The position numbers and the translations under genes are program-made. Below the pieces are notes generated by a model. It searched no databases and was not told the DNA's origin. It worked only from the letters and a program-made list of their open reading frames with translations. From the NCBI GenBank assembly GCA_965248575.1, contig CBDFJQ010000002.1, forward strand, positions 1,824,001 through 1,888,000: DNA of 64,000 nt. The letters are read 5' to 3'. Positions 28,486 through 38,976 of this stretch are shown here, piece after piece. The DNA is from Planctomycetota bacterium (lineage in GTDB: Bacteria > Planctomycetota > B15-G4). Positions within the stretch are counted from its first letter, which is position 1. The number at the start of each line of letters is the position of its first letter.

Positions 28486-29096
28486 GACGGCTGCCAGCAG
28501 GCCTGCACGTCGTAGACACGCAGGCGGTGGAAGCGGACGGCCGAGTTCCAGGTGCCGAGCCCGACCCTGCGGTGGCGCCCCAAGCAAGCGAGCGTGGGAT
28601 CGGGATGATCCATGAGCAACGCGCCGTCCTTCCAGAGGAAGACGCGGCCGGCCACTGAGCCCGCCACGACCTGCAGCGCGTCGCCACCTGGCAGCGGGCT
28701 CCCGGGCACGCGCCATGTCGGGCCATGGGGATGATGCTCCAGACCGTGGTCGTGCACATACCAGCCGGACGTCCCCACCACCCAGGCGGAACACTCCTGC
28801 TCGCCGCGGGGATAGATGCAGCCCGCTGCCCGGAAGAAGGCGTTGGCATCCCTGCCATATCCAGGCATGCCCTCGGCATCCAGCACGAGCGCGACCTCGT
28901 CCGGAAACTCCCTCAGGCACCAGAAGGCCGCAGCACGATCCTCCGCGATGCGACCCACGAGGCCGTCGACCCCAGCGGTCCAGCGGCCCGTCTCGACTTC
29001 CCAACCTTCCGGCAAGCTGGACGCGTCAAAGCGTTGGTCCAACAGGCAGGCGTCAGGCCGCAACCACAGCGCACCGTGGGCCAAGGGGATCTGCAA
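28482..29096 (-). CDS. Hypothetical protein, probable concanavalin-A-like beta-sandwich (DUF1080/DUF6250-like)
   Basis: WEVETGRW..., LWKDGALLMDHPDP, RVGLGTWNSAVRFHRLRVY; TTG start is tentative. Confidence 0.55.
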   Translation of the reverse strand: MQIPLAHGALWLRPDACLLDQRFDASSLPEGWEVETGRWTAGVDGLVGRIAEDRAAAFWCLREFPDEVALVLDAEGMPGYGRDANAFFRAAGCIYPRGEQECSAWVVGTSGWYVHDHGLEHHPHGPTWRVPGSPLPGGDALQVVAGSVAGRVFLWKDGALLMDHPDPTLACLGRHRRVGLGTWNSAVRFHRLRVYDVQACWQPS

Positions 29097-29127
29097 CGGA
29101 CCGCGCCGCCCGCCCCGGGCAACCGTC

Positions 29128-30450
<1,323 letters not shown>

Positions 30451-30659
30451 CTCCAAGACTGGGCACCCGAGGGGCACCGGAAGGCGGACAAGGCCGGGCG
30501 ATACACATGCTGCGCGCCGCCAGCGTTGTCGTCCTGCGAAGCTCCAGGGTCTGCTGAAAGCCCGCCTGGAAGACGCCCCTCAGCCCCCTGAGTGCGAGGA
30601 CCGTCCCATCCTAACAATCCGTGGCCGCGACCGCTTGCCTCGGATCGTCCGCCAAGAGC

Positions 30660-31661
30660 TCAGCCTCCGAGGCTGCCTGGCACGTCGATCCGATCTGCGT
30701 TCCGCGCATCTTGGCGCGCGAAGGCCTGCAGGGCCGTGACCGTTGCCACCTCCACGACATCGTCCGGCGAACAACCCCGGGAGAGGTCGTTGGCTGGGCG
30801 GGCGAGCCCTTGGAGGATGGGTCCCACGGCCCGGGCCGCACCCAGCCGCTGGCACAGCTTGTAAGCGATGTTTGCCGCAGCCAGGTCGGGGAAGACCAAG
30901 ACATTTGCCTCGCCGGCCAGCGGGCTCAGGGGCGATTTCGCCGCAGCCACGGAGGGGATCAGGGCCGCATCTGCCTGGAGTTCTCCGTCAACCAGCAAGC
31001 CGGGGCGCAGGGCCTCGACCTTCGCCGCCACCCGCGCCATGCGTTCTGCGGCGGGGTGCGTGGCGCTGCCGAGGGTCGAGAAGCTGAGCAGGGCCACCCG
31101 CGCTTCGACCTGCAGGAGCAGAGCCGCGCTGTCGGCGGTCGCCAGGGCGATGTCCGCCAGCTGCTCCTCGCTGGGCTCGGGGACCACGGCGCAATCAGCA
31201 AAGAGCAGTTCCCTGCCATTGGGGAACACCATCAGGAACACGCTCGAGACGGTGCGCACGCCGGGCGCGGGGCCGATGCCCCAAAGGGCTGCCCGGATCG
31301 TCTCGCCGGTGGTGGCCACTGCCCCGGCCACCAACCCATCGGCCTGGCCGGCCCCCACCATCAGGGCCCCCGCCATGAGTGGATTGGCCAGCTCCCGGCG
31401 CGCGTCTTCGAGGCTCAAACCCCGGTGGGCGCGACGCAGCTGCAGGCGCTGGGCCAGGGCCTCCCAGGCGGCACCCTGCGCGGGGTCCGCCGACTTCGCT
31501 CCCGGCCCACAGGAGTGCCCCGGAATCGGGACCGCCTCCGCCAGCCCGAGTCGCTCCAAGCGCAGCACGGCCTCGGCCACCCGCTCGTCCCCCTGCTCGG
31601 GGAACACGAGTCGGGCCCGCCGGCCAGCCGCCATTTCCAGACCACGAACCCGGAGGTCCAT
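30660..31661 (-). CDS. pta: Phosphate acetyltransferase (short, class I)
   Basis: [68 protein letters not shown]. Confidence 0.93.
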   Translation of the reverse strand: MDLRVRGLEMAAGRRARLVFPEQGDERVAEAVLRLERLGLAEAVPIPGHSCGPGAKSADPAQGAAWEALAQRLQLRRAHRGLSLEDARRELANPLMAGALMVGAGQADGLVAGAVATTGETIRAALWGIGPAPGVRTVSSVFLMVFPNGRELLFADCAVVPEPSEEQLADIALATADSAALLLQVEARVALLSFSTLGSATHPAAERMARVAAKVEALRPGLLVDGELQADAALIPSVAAAKSPLSPLAGEANVLVFPDLAAANIAYKLCQRLGAARAVGPILQGLARPANDLSRGCSPDDVVEVATVTALQAFARQDARNADRIDVPGSLGG

Positions 31662-31682
31662 GCAGGCACTCCCTAAGCAGGA

Positions 31683-34106
31683 TCAGTCGCGGGACCAACG
31701 CCAGTCAGACACGTCTGGCAGATCGACACCGTGCTGGGCGATGTACGCGCAGTGCTCACGGACCTTGTGCTCGTAGCGCACGACCAGCTCTTCGGCCCGC
31801 ACCGCCACCTTCGGGTGCCGCACGGCGAGCATGTTCGCCACCTGCATCACCAGGTGGTAACGGCTCGTCCGGTTGCGGACCAGCATGTCGAAGGGCGTCG
31901 TGGTCGTGCCCTCTTCGCGGTAGCCATTGATGCTGAAGCGATTCGATTCCGGCCGTTCCCAAAGCAGTTGCTTGATGGCCGCCGTGTACCCGTGGAAGTT
32001 GAACACCACCGGCGTGTCCAAGGGGAACAGCCGTTCGAAGCGCCCCCCGTCCAATCCATTGGGGTACTTCTGCGGAACGCCCAAGGCCATCAGGTTGGCG
32101 ACGTTCACGACGCGCACGCGCCACTGGGGTACTTCCCGTCGCAGGATGTCCGCTGCGGCCAGCACCTCGGTCGTCAGCACGTCCCCGCAACCAGCCAGGA
32201 CCACATCGGGCTCTTCGCCGCCATCCGTACTGGCCCAGCGCCACACCGACGCACCCACCTCGCAGTGTTCCCGAGCCTCCTCCATGGACAACCACTGCTG
32301 CGCAGGCTGCTTGCCCGCGATCACCAGGTTGATGCTGTCCGTGGACGTGAAGCAGCGCTCCATGATGTGCAGCAGGCAGTTGGCGTCCGGCGGCAAGAAG
32401 ATGTTGTAGGTGTGCCCCTTCTTGGTGAGCAGGTTGTTGATGAAGCCTGGGCCTTGGTGGCTGTAGCCGTTGTGCTCCTGGCGCCACGCTGCCGACGACA
32501 ACAGGTAGTTCAGGGATGACACCGGTTGGCGCCACCCCGTCTCCAGCGAGGCCTTCAGGAACTTGGCGTACTGATTCATCATGCCGTCGATGATGGGCAG
32601 GAAGGCCTCGTAGCACGGGAACAGGCCGTGCCGACCGGTGAGCAGATAACCCTGCAACCAGCCCTGGCAGTTGTGCTCGCTGAGCACCTCCATCACCCGC
32701 CCCGAAGGGCCCACATTCTCCGAACCCTCCGGGATCGGCCAGGTGTACTGACGGTCCGTGACCTCCAAGACGGCACCGATGCGGTTGGACTCCAACTCAT
32801 CGGGGCAGAAGATGCGGAAGTTGTTCGCGTTGTGGGGATGACCCACCACGTCGCGCAGCCAACCACCCAAGGTGGACATGCCACTGACGATGGTTCCGCC
32901 GCGCTCATCGGCCGGTCCGGTGTCCACCGCATGCTCGTTCACATCAGGCAAGGCCAGGGGGCGGCGCAGACTGCCACCGAAGGCATGCGGGTTCATCGCC
33001 ATGCGCTTCTCGCCTGTAGGGCAGAGGTCCAGCAGATCCTGTGCGGGGCGCCCGTCCTGATCGAAGAGTTCCTCCGGCTTGTAGCTCCGCAGCCAGCTTT
33101 CGATGATGGCGAGGTGTTCAGGGTTTCCGCGCGGGTCCTTGGCCGGCACCTGGTGCGAACGATGGGTGCCTTCCACTTGCTTGCCGTTCACTTCCTTCGG
33201 GCCCGTCCAGCCCTTGGGCGTCTGCAGCACCAGCATGGGCCAGCGTGGGCGCTCAACAGGCATGCCGGCGCGGGCGTCCAGCTGGATCTGCTCGATCTGA
33301 CGGTGGGCCCAGTCCATGGCCTCCGTCATGTCGGCGTCGACGCGCTCACTCAGTTTCACGAAGCGCACGTCCCAACCATAACCCTCGAACAACTGGGTCA
33401 TCTCGACGTCGGTCATGGTGCCGAAGATCGACGGGTTGGCGATCTTGTGCCCGTTCACATGCAGGATCGGCAGCACGGCACCGTCGGTGGCGGGGTTCAT
33501 GAACTTCGTGCTGTGCCACGCACCGGCCGTGGGCCCCGTCTCCGCCTCACCGTCGCCCACGATGCAGGCCACGAGCAGGTTGGGGTTGTCCATGGCTGCT
33601 CCGAAGGCCGTGGACAGGGCGTAGCCCAGCTCACCACCCTCGTGGATGACACCTGGGTAGTCGGGCGTCAGGTGGCTCGGAAACGCATCCGGCCAACTGA
33701 ACCACTTGAGAAACGTCCCCAAGCCCTCCTCATCGCGACTGAGTTCCGCGAAGAACTCCGTCAGCGTCCCTTCGAGATACATATTCGCCAGGTTCGCGGC
33801 GGCCCCGTGGCCCGGGCCCGTCACCAGCAGCACGCTGCGGTCAGTGTCCAGGATCAGGCGGTTGAGGTGTTGGTACACCAGGTTGATCCCGGGTGCCGTC
33901 CCCCAGTGACCCAACAAGCGCTCCTTGATGTGCTCCGGCCGAAGCGGGCTGCGCAACAAGGGGTTGCCCTTGAGGTAGATCTGCGCTGCAGCGAGGTAGT
34001 TCACCGCGCGGCGGTAACGCTTCACCGACTCCTCGTGAGGTCTGGCGACTTCCTCAGTAACAGTGATGTCGTTCAGCTGCGGAAGGCTGTGCGTGCTGTC
34101 GCTCAT
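31683..34106 (-). CDS. xfp: Xylulose-5-P/fructose-6-P phosphoketolase
   Basis: LLGHWGT, GPGHG, IHEGGELGY, GDGEAETG, LSEHNCQGW, QEHNGYSHQ, GYREEGTTTTPFDM. Confidence 0.97.
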   Translation of the reverse strand: MSDSTHSLPQLNDITVTEEVARPHEESVKRYRRAVNYLAAAQIYLKGNPLLRSPLRPEHIKERLLGHWGTAPGINLVYQHLNRLILDTDRSVLLVTGPGHGAAANLANMYLEGTLTEFFAELSRDEEGLGTFLKWFSWPDAFPSHLTPDYPGVIHEGGELGYALSTAFGAAMDNPNLLVACIVGDGEAETGPTAGAWHSTKFMNPATDGAVLPILHVNGHKIANPSIFGTMTDVEMTQLFEGYGWDVRFVKLSERVDADMTEAMDWAHRQIEQIQLDARAGMPVERPRWPMLVLQTPKGWTGPKEVNGKQVEGTHRSHQVPAKDPRGNPEHLAIIESWLRSYKPEELFDQDGRPAQDLLDLCPTGEKRMAMNPHAFGGSLRRPLALPDVNEHAVDTGPADERGGTIVSGMSTLGGWLRDVVGHPHNANNFRIFCPDELESNRIGAVLEVTDRQYTWPIPEGSENVGPSGRVMEVLSEHNCQGWLQGYLLTGRHGLFPCYEAFLPIIDGMMNQYAKFLKASLETGWRQPVSSLNYLLSSAAWRQEHNGYSHQGPGFINNLLTKKGHTYNIFLPPDANCLLHIMERCFTSTDSINLVIAGKQPAQQWLSMEEAREHCEVGASVWRWASTDGGEEPDVVLAGCGDVLTTEVLAAADILRREVPQWRVRVVNVANLMALGVPQKYPNGLDGGRFERLFPLDTPVVFNFHGYTAAIKQLLWERPESNRFSINGYREEGTTTTPFDMLVRNRTSRYHLVMQVANMLAVRHPKVAVRAEELVVRYEHKVREHCAYIAQHGVDLPDVSDWRWSRD

Positions 34107-34118
34107 GGATCCACCTCG

Positions 34119-34220
34119 GCGGGTTTGGACCCGCTTCCGGCGGTTTCGCAGTCATGCGAACCATCAAGCGGCCTCAGGTCTCACCGACCTTTCGGTCACT
34201 GGTGAAGGTCTGCTTGATGG
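34119..34220 (-). promoter_or_regulatory. Putative structured 5' leader of xfp-pta (three adjacent hairpins)
   Basis: Inverted repeats gcgggt/acccgc (34119-34134), ttcgca/tgcgaa (34145-34160) and ccatcaagc/gcttgatgg (34161-34220). The last encloses GACC-GAAA-GGUC on the mRNA strand. The region abuts SD GAGGTGG. Confidence 0.4.
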
Positions 34221-34355
34221 CTCCGAACAGCTTTTCACTGCGGAACGAGGTTCTGCGCTCGCGGCCGGATCAAGACACTCTCGCGGCTCTCATGGACGCA
34301 AACCCATCACGAGACACTCTCGCAGCCGAACCCACACTTTCGACGGACCCTCAGC

Positions 34356-34375
34356 AACGGAAGAGTGTCCGTTGG
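34356..34375 (-). terminator. Possible terminator-like hairpin after the CMF-like gene
   Basis: caacgga-agagtg-tccgttg 7-bp stem just past the stop at 34379; no clear U-tract. Confidence 0.3.
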
Positions 34376-34378
34376 CCC

Positions 34379-36499
34379 CTAGCGCGCCGCCGCAGCGTTT
34401 CGCAGGAGATTCAGGGCGTGGTCGAGGTAGTTGGCCGAGTTGCTCATGCCGGTGCTGTGGCACCAGCCCGAGATGTGGCCCATGTTGTTGCCGCCCGAGA
34501 GGATCCCCTTGCTGCGCTCCACCACGCCGTCGTTGGGGCTGGAGAGGAAGAGGTTGGTCAGGCTGTTGCAGGCCGAGCCGCTGTTCTGGGTGGTCCAGAA
34601 GAACACCTCGGAGCGAGCCCAGGACGGAATGCCTGCCAACCAAACCGTCGCCCCACCGGAAGACAGGTCGTCGTTGGACCCGCAACCCACGCCGAAGATG
34701 CCACCGAGACCCGCCAGGGTGCTGGCGAGGGGGCTGCCCAACCAAGGGCTGGCGACGGCCTGGATCAGGCGCCCGCCCTGCGCCATGTCGAGCCCGCTCT
34801 GGTAGTAGGTGAACAGGTGCAGCCCGGCGTTGCCGCCTTGGCTGTGGGCCAGCAATCCAAAGGAGTCGAGCTGGGAACCGAAGTCGCCGAGCAGTTGGGC
34901 AAAGGCGTCGTGGCTTCGATTCTGGTCGGGGTCGTTGAACTGGATCGCTTGCCCCGTGAAGTCCTGCGACGGCCAGATGCCGCCACCCGAGCAGTAACCA
35001 TGGCTCAGGAGGAGCCCCCGCAAGAAGGGGGCGGGTGTGCCGCCAACGGTGGTGGTCGCCCCGCCGGCTCTCAGGTCCACACCCACAGGGGAAGGCCCCA
35101 TGGTCATGTCCTTGAGGATGGCGCCAGGAGGGGCGCCCCACAACAAGGGGGCCGCCACGTCCTCGAGCCGCACACGGTCCCAGGTGTCGACAGGGACTTC
35201 CGTGTCCGGGTCCTGGATGCGGAGCGCACGAAGCTCCAGCGGTGCAGTCACTCCCGCCCGGTTCAGCCAGCGGACGTCCAAGGCGAGGGGCAGGGCAGCA
35301 CCTGCACCCGGAGACATGCCAGGTCTCGGTGTCACCATGGAGGACAACCAGCAGACAGGTTGCAGCTCACCGCTCGGCCCCGTGCCCCAGACCTCGGTCG
35401 AGACATGAAGTTTGGGCGCCGACTCCGCGCCGGCGAAGACCCACGCTCCGATGTCCAACCCCAGGCGCGTGTCGTCGAGCACCGTTGTCGTCACTTCGCC
35501 TGACAGGACAGCCGAGCGCTCCACCAACTGAAACGCGTGCTCAGCACTACGCAGGACGGTACGCCCCTGGGCATCGGCGCCCGAGGCCAGCACCTGGGCG
35601 AAGACGTTCCCGCGCGGCAAGGCCGGCATGATCGCACCAAAGACGCCGTCCCCCGCGACGCCATCGCTGTGCAGACCGTCGTCAGCCATGGGGAGCAACC
35701 ACTCCTTGCCCGCGGGCTCGGAGCTTTGGGGAGCTCGCACATGCAACATCATGGTCACGTCTTGGGTCACGTCTCGGGCCAAGGCTGCGCCCCCTGCATC
35801 CCAACTCGCCAACACGCCGATGGGGTCCCCCGCCACCAGGGCATGGGTGGCCAGCCAGCTCTCCAAGACCGCGCTGGGTTCACTCCCTTCGCCAAGCTCC
35901 TTCAGCAACAGATAGGCCTCGGGGGCCACGGTCCGCTGTGTGGAAGTCCCCAGCTGGATCTTCAGCTCCCAGCGCCCCGCCTCGCGCGGCATCTGGAGAT
36001 CGGTCCGCCTGGCTTGGAAGCCGGGAAGAAGCTCGTCCAGCCTGCCTTCCATCTGCTGCGCTCGCCCCGCATTGCGGAGTTGTTCCAGACTCCGAACCGT
36101 CCCGGAGGGGTCGATGAGTTCCACCTCCCACTGGGACGCGCTGGGCGCCAAGGGAAGCAACGACAGACGCCCCAAGCCCGCCAGGGGTAGCTGGGCCCGC
36201 GCAAGCCAGACACCTGGTTTCGAGGGCTGCGCTTCGAAGCGCAACCGGAGCAGGGCACTCTGCGACCACACAGCTGTCGCCCGCGGCTCCGGCAAGCGGA
36301 CGAGCCCGGACAGGATGTCCTCGGGTCCTGCAGCGACCTGGCGCGGGACCAGCACCGCTGCAGGCGACTGTTGGGCCGACACACCCCCACTCAGCCAGCT
36401 GGTCGACTCCAGCAGGCACAGAACCAGCGCTGCGTGACACGCGCGTCTGAAGGCAGACGAGCGCCCCGACTCGGTGCAGCCAGCAGACCCGTGAATCAT
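34379..36499 (-). CDS. Secreted conditioned-medium-factor-like protein (choice-of-anchor-X-type motif plus C-terminal alpha/beta-hydrolase-like domain)
   Basis: Signal peptide; MADDGLHSDGVAGDGVFG; LLSHGYCSGG.W; AHSQGG nucleophile elbow; NDGVVE; GWCHS. Confidence 0.7.
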   Translation of the reverse strand: MIHGSAGCTESGRSSAFRRACHAALVLCLLESTSWLSGGVSAQQSPAAVLVPRQVAAGPEDILSGLVRLPEPRATAVWSQSALLRLRFEAQPSKPGVWLARAQLPLAGLGRLSLLPLAPSASQWEVELIDPSGTVRSLEQLRNAGRAQQMEGRLDELLPGFQARRTDLQMPREAGRWELKIQLGTSTQRTVAPEAYLLLKELGEGSEPSAVLESWLATHALVAGDPIGVLASWDAGGAALARDVTQDVTMMLHVRAPQSSEPAGKEWLLPMADDGLHSDGVAGDGVFGAIMPALPRGNVFAQVLASGADAQGRTVLRSAEHAFQLVERSAVLSGEVTTTVLDDTRLGLDIGAWVFAGAESAPKLHVSTEVWGTGPSGELQPVCWLSSMVTPRPGMSPGAGAALPLALDVRWLNRAGVTAPLELRALRIQDPDTEVPVDTWDRVRLEDVAAPLLWGAPPGAILKDMTMGPSPVGVDLRAGGATTTVGGTPAPFLRGLLLSHGYCSGGGIWPSQDFTGQAIQFNDPDQNRSHDAFAQLLGDFGSQLDSFGLLAHSQGGNAGLHLFTYYQSGLDMAQGGRLIQAVASPWLGSPLASTLAGLGGIFGVGCGSNDDLSSGGATVWLAGIPSWARSEVFFWTTQNSGSACNSLTNLFLSSPNDGVVERSKGILSGGNNMGHISGWCHSTGMSNSANYLDHALNLLRNAAAAR

Positions 36500-36507
36500 G
36501 GTCAGCC

Positions 36508-37599
36508 CTAAGGCGTCGTGGCCTTGACGGCGTTCGACAAGGTGATGTTGTGGATCACCGACGGGTCATCGAGCAGGAACTGGAACCAGATCTCGGTTCC
36601 GGTGGGGATCCCCAGCGGCCAGGGTGTCGACAGCTGCAAGCTGCCCAGGAAGTTGCTGAAGAAGAACAGCTGGTTCAGGATCGGCAGCGGGTAGATCGTG
36701 CCTCCGAAGAAGTTCTGCGGGTTGGACTGCAAGGAGTACCAGGCCAGCACCAGTCCGTTCGGCGGCGCGTTGGTCAGCAACAGCGTTGCGGTTTGACCGC
36801 CGATCAAAGTTCCCGAACCCACGAGGGTCGGGAAGCCGTTGATGCCGAACGTCCCGCCACCCAGGTCTTCCCAGGTGCCCAGGCCGCCGGCGTCTTCGGT
36901 GCAGGCACGGATCACCCAGTTGCCAGCATAGGCCGACGGGCACAGGACGAGAATGGGCGGCAAGGGCCCCCACGTTGCTGGGTCAACCCAACCCGACGTC
37001 AGCTCGTCCAGGAGGTTGACTCCCGGAGGGCAAAGTCCGGCACCCCCGTTGTCCGTGAAGAAGTTCGCCGCGGCGCCGCCCGCCGGGCAGCCCGGGAAGA
37101 ACACGTTGATGTTCATGCGGAAGGCGACGACGTAGTCATCACTCACTTCCACGTTGTAGGGCGACATGTCGAAGGTGTTGATGGACGTGCTCGTCACCTG
37201 CATCGACTGCGCGAAGTCAGCGTTCAGGTCGAAAATCTTGGTACCCAGGGACGCTGTCCCGTTGGGATTGAACGTCACCCCGCCTTCATAAACCTCGACG
37301 TTGAGGGTGGCGTCGAAACCGGCTCCGCCTGCCGCATGTCCAAAGCCCACAGCCACCTGGGTGAGGCGCTGGGTGCCCATGCCGAGGGGCATCTCGAAGT
37401 ACGTGCCAATGGCCTCGCCCTCACACAGCCCAGGGATGATGCTGATGTTCTGGGGAGAGCCGCCGGGGTTGTCCGGCAGGATGTCGTTCTTCCAGAAAGT
37501 GTCCGTGCCGTTGGGGCAGGTCTGAGCTGAAAGAGCGGGGGCGAACAGCCCGGCCGCAGCCGCGCACGCAAGAGCACTGGTGAGGAGAAAGTGACGCAT
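36508..37599 (-). CDS. Secreted hypothetical protein with a conserved C-terminal domain ending LSNAVKATTP
   Basis: Signal peptide MRHFLLTSALACAAAAGLFAPALSA-Q; C-terminal ~120 aa similar to the neighbouring gene. Confidence 0.75.
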   Translation of the reverse strand: MRHFLLTSALACAAAAGLFAPALSAQTCPNGTDTFWKNDILPDNPGGSPQNISIIPGLCEGEAIGTYFEMPLGMGTQRLTQVAVGFGHAAGGAGFDATLNVEVYEGGVTFNPNGTASLGTKIFDLNADFAQSMQVTSTSINTFDMSPYNVEVSDDYVVAFRMNINVFFPGCPAGGAAANFFTDNGGAGLCPPGVNLLDELTSGWVDPATWGPLPPILVLCPSAYAGNWVIRACTEDAGGLGTWEDLGGGTFGINGFPTLVGSGTLIGGQTATLLLTNAPPNGLVLAWYSLQSNPQNFFGGTIYPLPILNQLFFFSNFLGSLQLSTPWPLGIPTGTEIWFQFLLDDPSVIHNITLSNAVKATTP

Positions 37600-37801
37600 T
37601 GCCGTGATAATCCCGAGAGGCCAAGGTTGCCGATGCCGCGTTTCCCTGCGACGAAGAATACCAGAGCCTCGAAAACCTGCAGGCCTCCAGGCGTGTGACA
37701 TCTTCGGGCCAGACCGCCTCCCCGACGCCGTGGGCGCACGGAGCCTTCACGGACCTCTTTGGACCCACCCGGGACTTTTAGGAGGAGAGCAGCCCCACTC
37801 T

Positions 37802-38848
37802 CTACGGAGTCGTCGCCATCACGGCGTTGCTTCCGGAGAAGCCAAAGGGCGCCCCACCATCCATCACCCAGAACTGCGCGTAGATGTCGATGTCCCCCGG
37901 CAAACCCGCCGGCCAGAGCGCGGACAGCTGCAAGTTCCCGCTCGCGCCCGTTCCGAAAGGAATCAGAAAGCCGGAGGGGCTGACGATGTCAGGCACGAAC
38001 ACACCGCCGAAGAACGGAACGTCGATTCGGTCGAAGCCCACGGCCAACCACGCCGTGCTGTTCTCCAGCGCGTCGTCCAGCGTCATGTCGAGAGTCGTGC
38101 CTGCACACAGCGAACCATCCGCCACGAGAGCGGGCAGACCGTTCGTCCCGGCGAGGGCCAGGCCGAGGTCTGTCCAGAGATTCGTCGGGTCATCCGTGCG
38201 AGTGAAGGTGAAGGTCCCCATCGGCCCGGTGCCGTTGAAGGGGAAACCCAGGATCGGCGCGATGGGGTCGGCGGGGTTGGTGTCCAGGTTCAGCGACGGG
38301 AAGTCCACGCCGCTGTCGGTTCCCGCGTCGTAGGAGAAGAGATTGACGACTTTCGAATCGACCCAGTCCCCGTTCTCGAACATGGACAAGCCCGAAACGC
38401 CCAGGAACCAGTCCGGGCTGGGCGCGATCATGGTGACCACGGTCACCTCCGGGTGCTGAAGGCTCACGCTGAAGCTGGCGTTGGCAAAGCCCGGCAGGTT
38501 GAAGACCGCGCCACCGCTGATCAGCTGCAAGGCCTGTCCGCTGCCAACCGCCGAGCTGACTTCGAGCGCCAGGCTGGTCTTGGAGCCCGTCTCCGCCATG
38601 GACTCGATGCCCGTGCTGGCCAGGCCGCCCGGTTCCCAGAACTTGATGCTGCTGTCGTGGCTCGCACCCACGAGCCCGGAGAAGTGCGCGCCAGCCGGAA
38701 AGTTCACCGGGTGCGTTGTGGCACTCCAAAGGGTGTCGAAACGGACCGTATAGGTCGCGGTGTCATCGCTGAACGCACCAGCGAGAGGGGAGAAGGCGCA
38801 CAGCGCAAAGGCCATCGCGAGCGAGCGCAACACGGAAGTCGTGTTCAT
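37802..38848 (-). CDS. Secreted Spondin_N domain protein with the same C-terminal domain (ends SNAVMATTP)
   Basis: WSATTHPVNFP..AHFSGLVGASH, GIESMAETG, TMIAPSPDWFLG, YDAGTDSG are spondin_N motifs. Confidence 0.88.
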   Translation of the reverse strand: MNTTSVLRSLAMAFALCAFSPLAGAFSDDTATYTVRFDTLWSATTHPVNFPAGAHFSGLVGASHDSSIKFWEPGGLASTGIESMAETGSKTSLALEVSSAVGSGQALQLISGGAVFNLPGFANASFSVSLQHPEVTVVTMIAPSPDWFLGVSGLSMFENGDWVDSKVVNLFSYDAGTDSGVDFPSLNLDTNPADPIAPILGFPFNGTGPMGTFTFTRTDDPTNLWTDLGLALAGTNGLPALVADGSLCAGTTLDMTLDDALENSTAWLAVGFDRIDVPFFGGVFVPDIVSPSGFLIPFGTGASGNLQLSALWPAGLPGDIDIYAQFWVMDGGAPFGFSGSNAVMATTP

Positions 38849-38976
38849 TTCGAGGTCCGGGAAGTCGGGAATTCGGGGGAGAGCGTCGGGGTCGGGAGGT
38901 TTCGATGCTGCTGCTTCGGAAAGGTTACCAGCAGCCCAGGATTCTCGGCGGGTCGGGCCCCCCGTCGGGCAAGCCC

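Noticed and set aside
34290..34310. GGACGCAAACCC resembling part of a c-di-GMP-I riboswitch
   Set aside because: Wrong strand relative to xfp, and the P1/P2 architecture is missing.
34273..34345. Direct repeats as a possible mini-CRISPR
   Set aside because: Only 12 bp and two exact copies; no cas genes.
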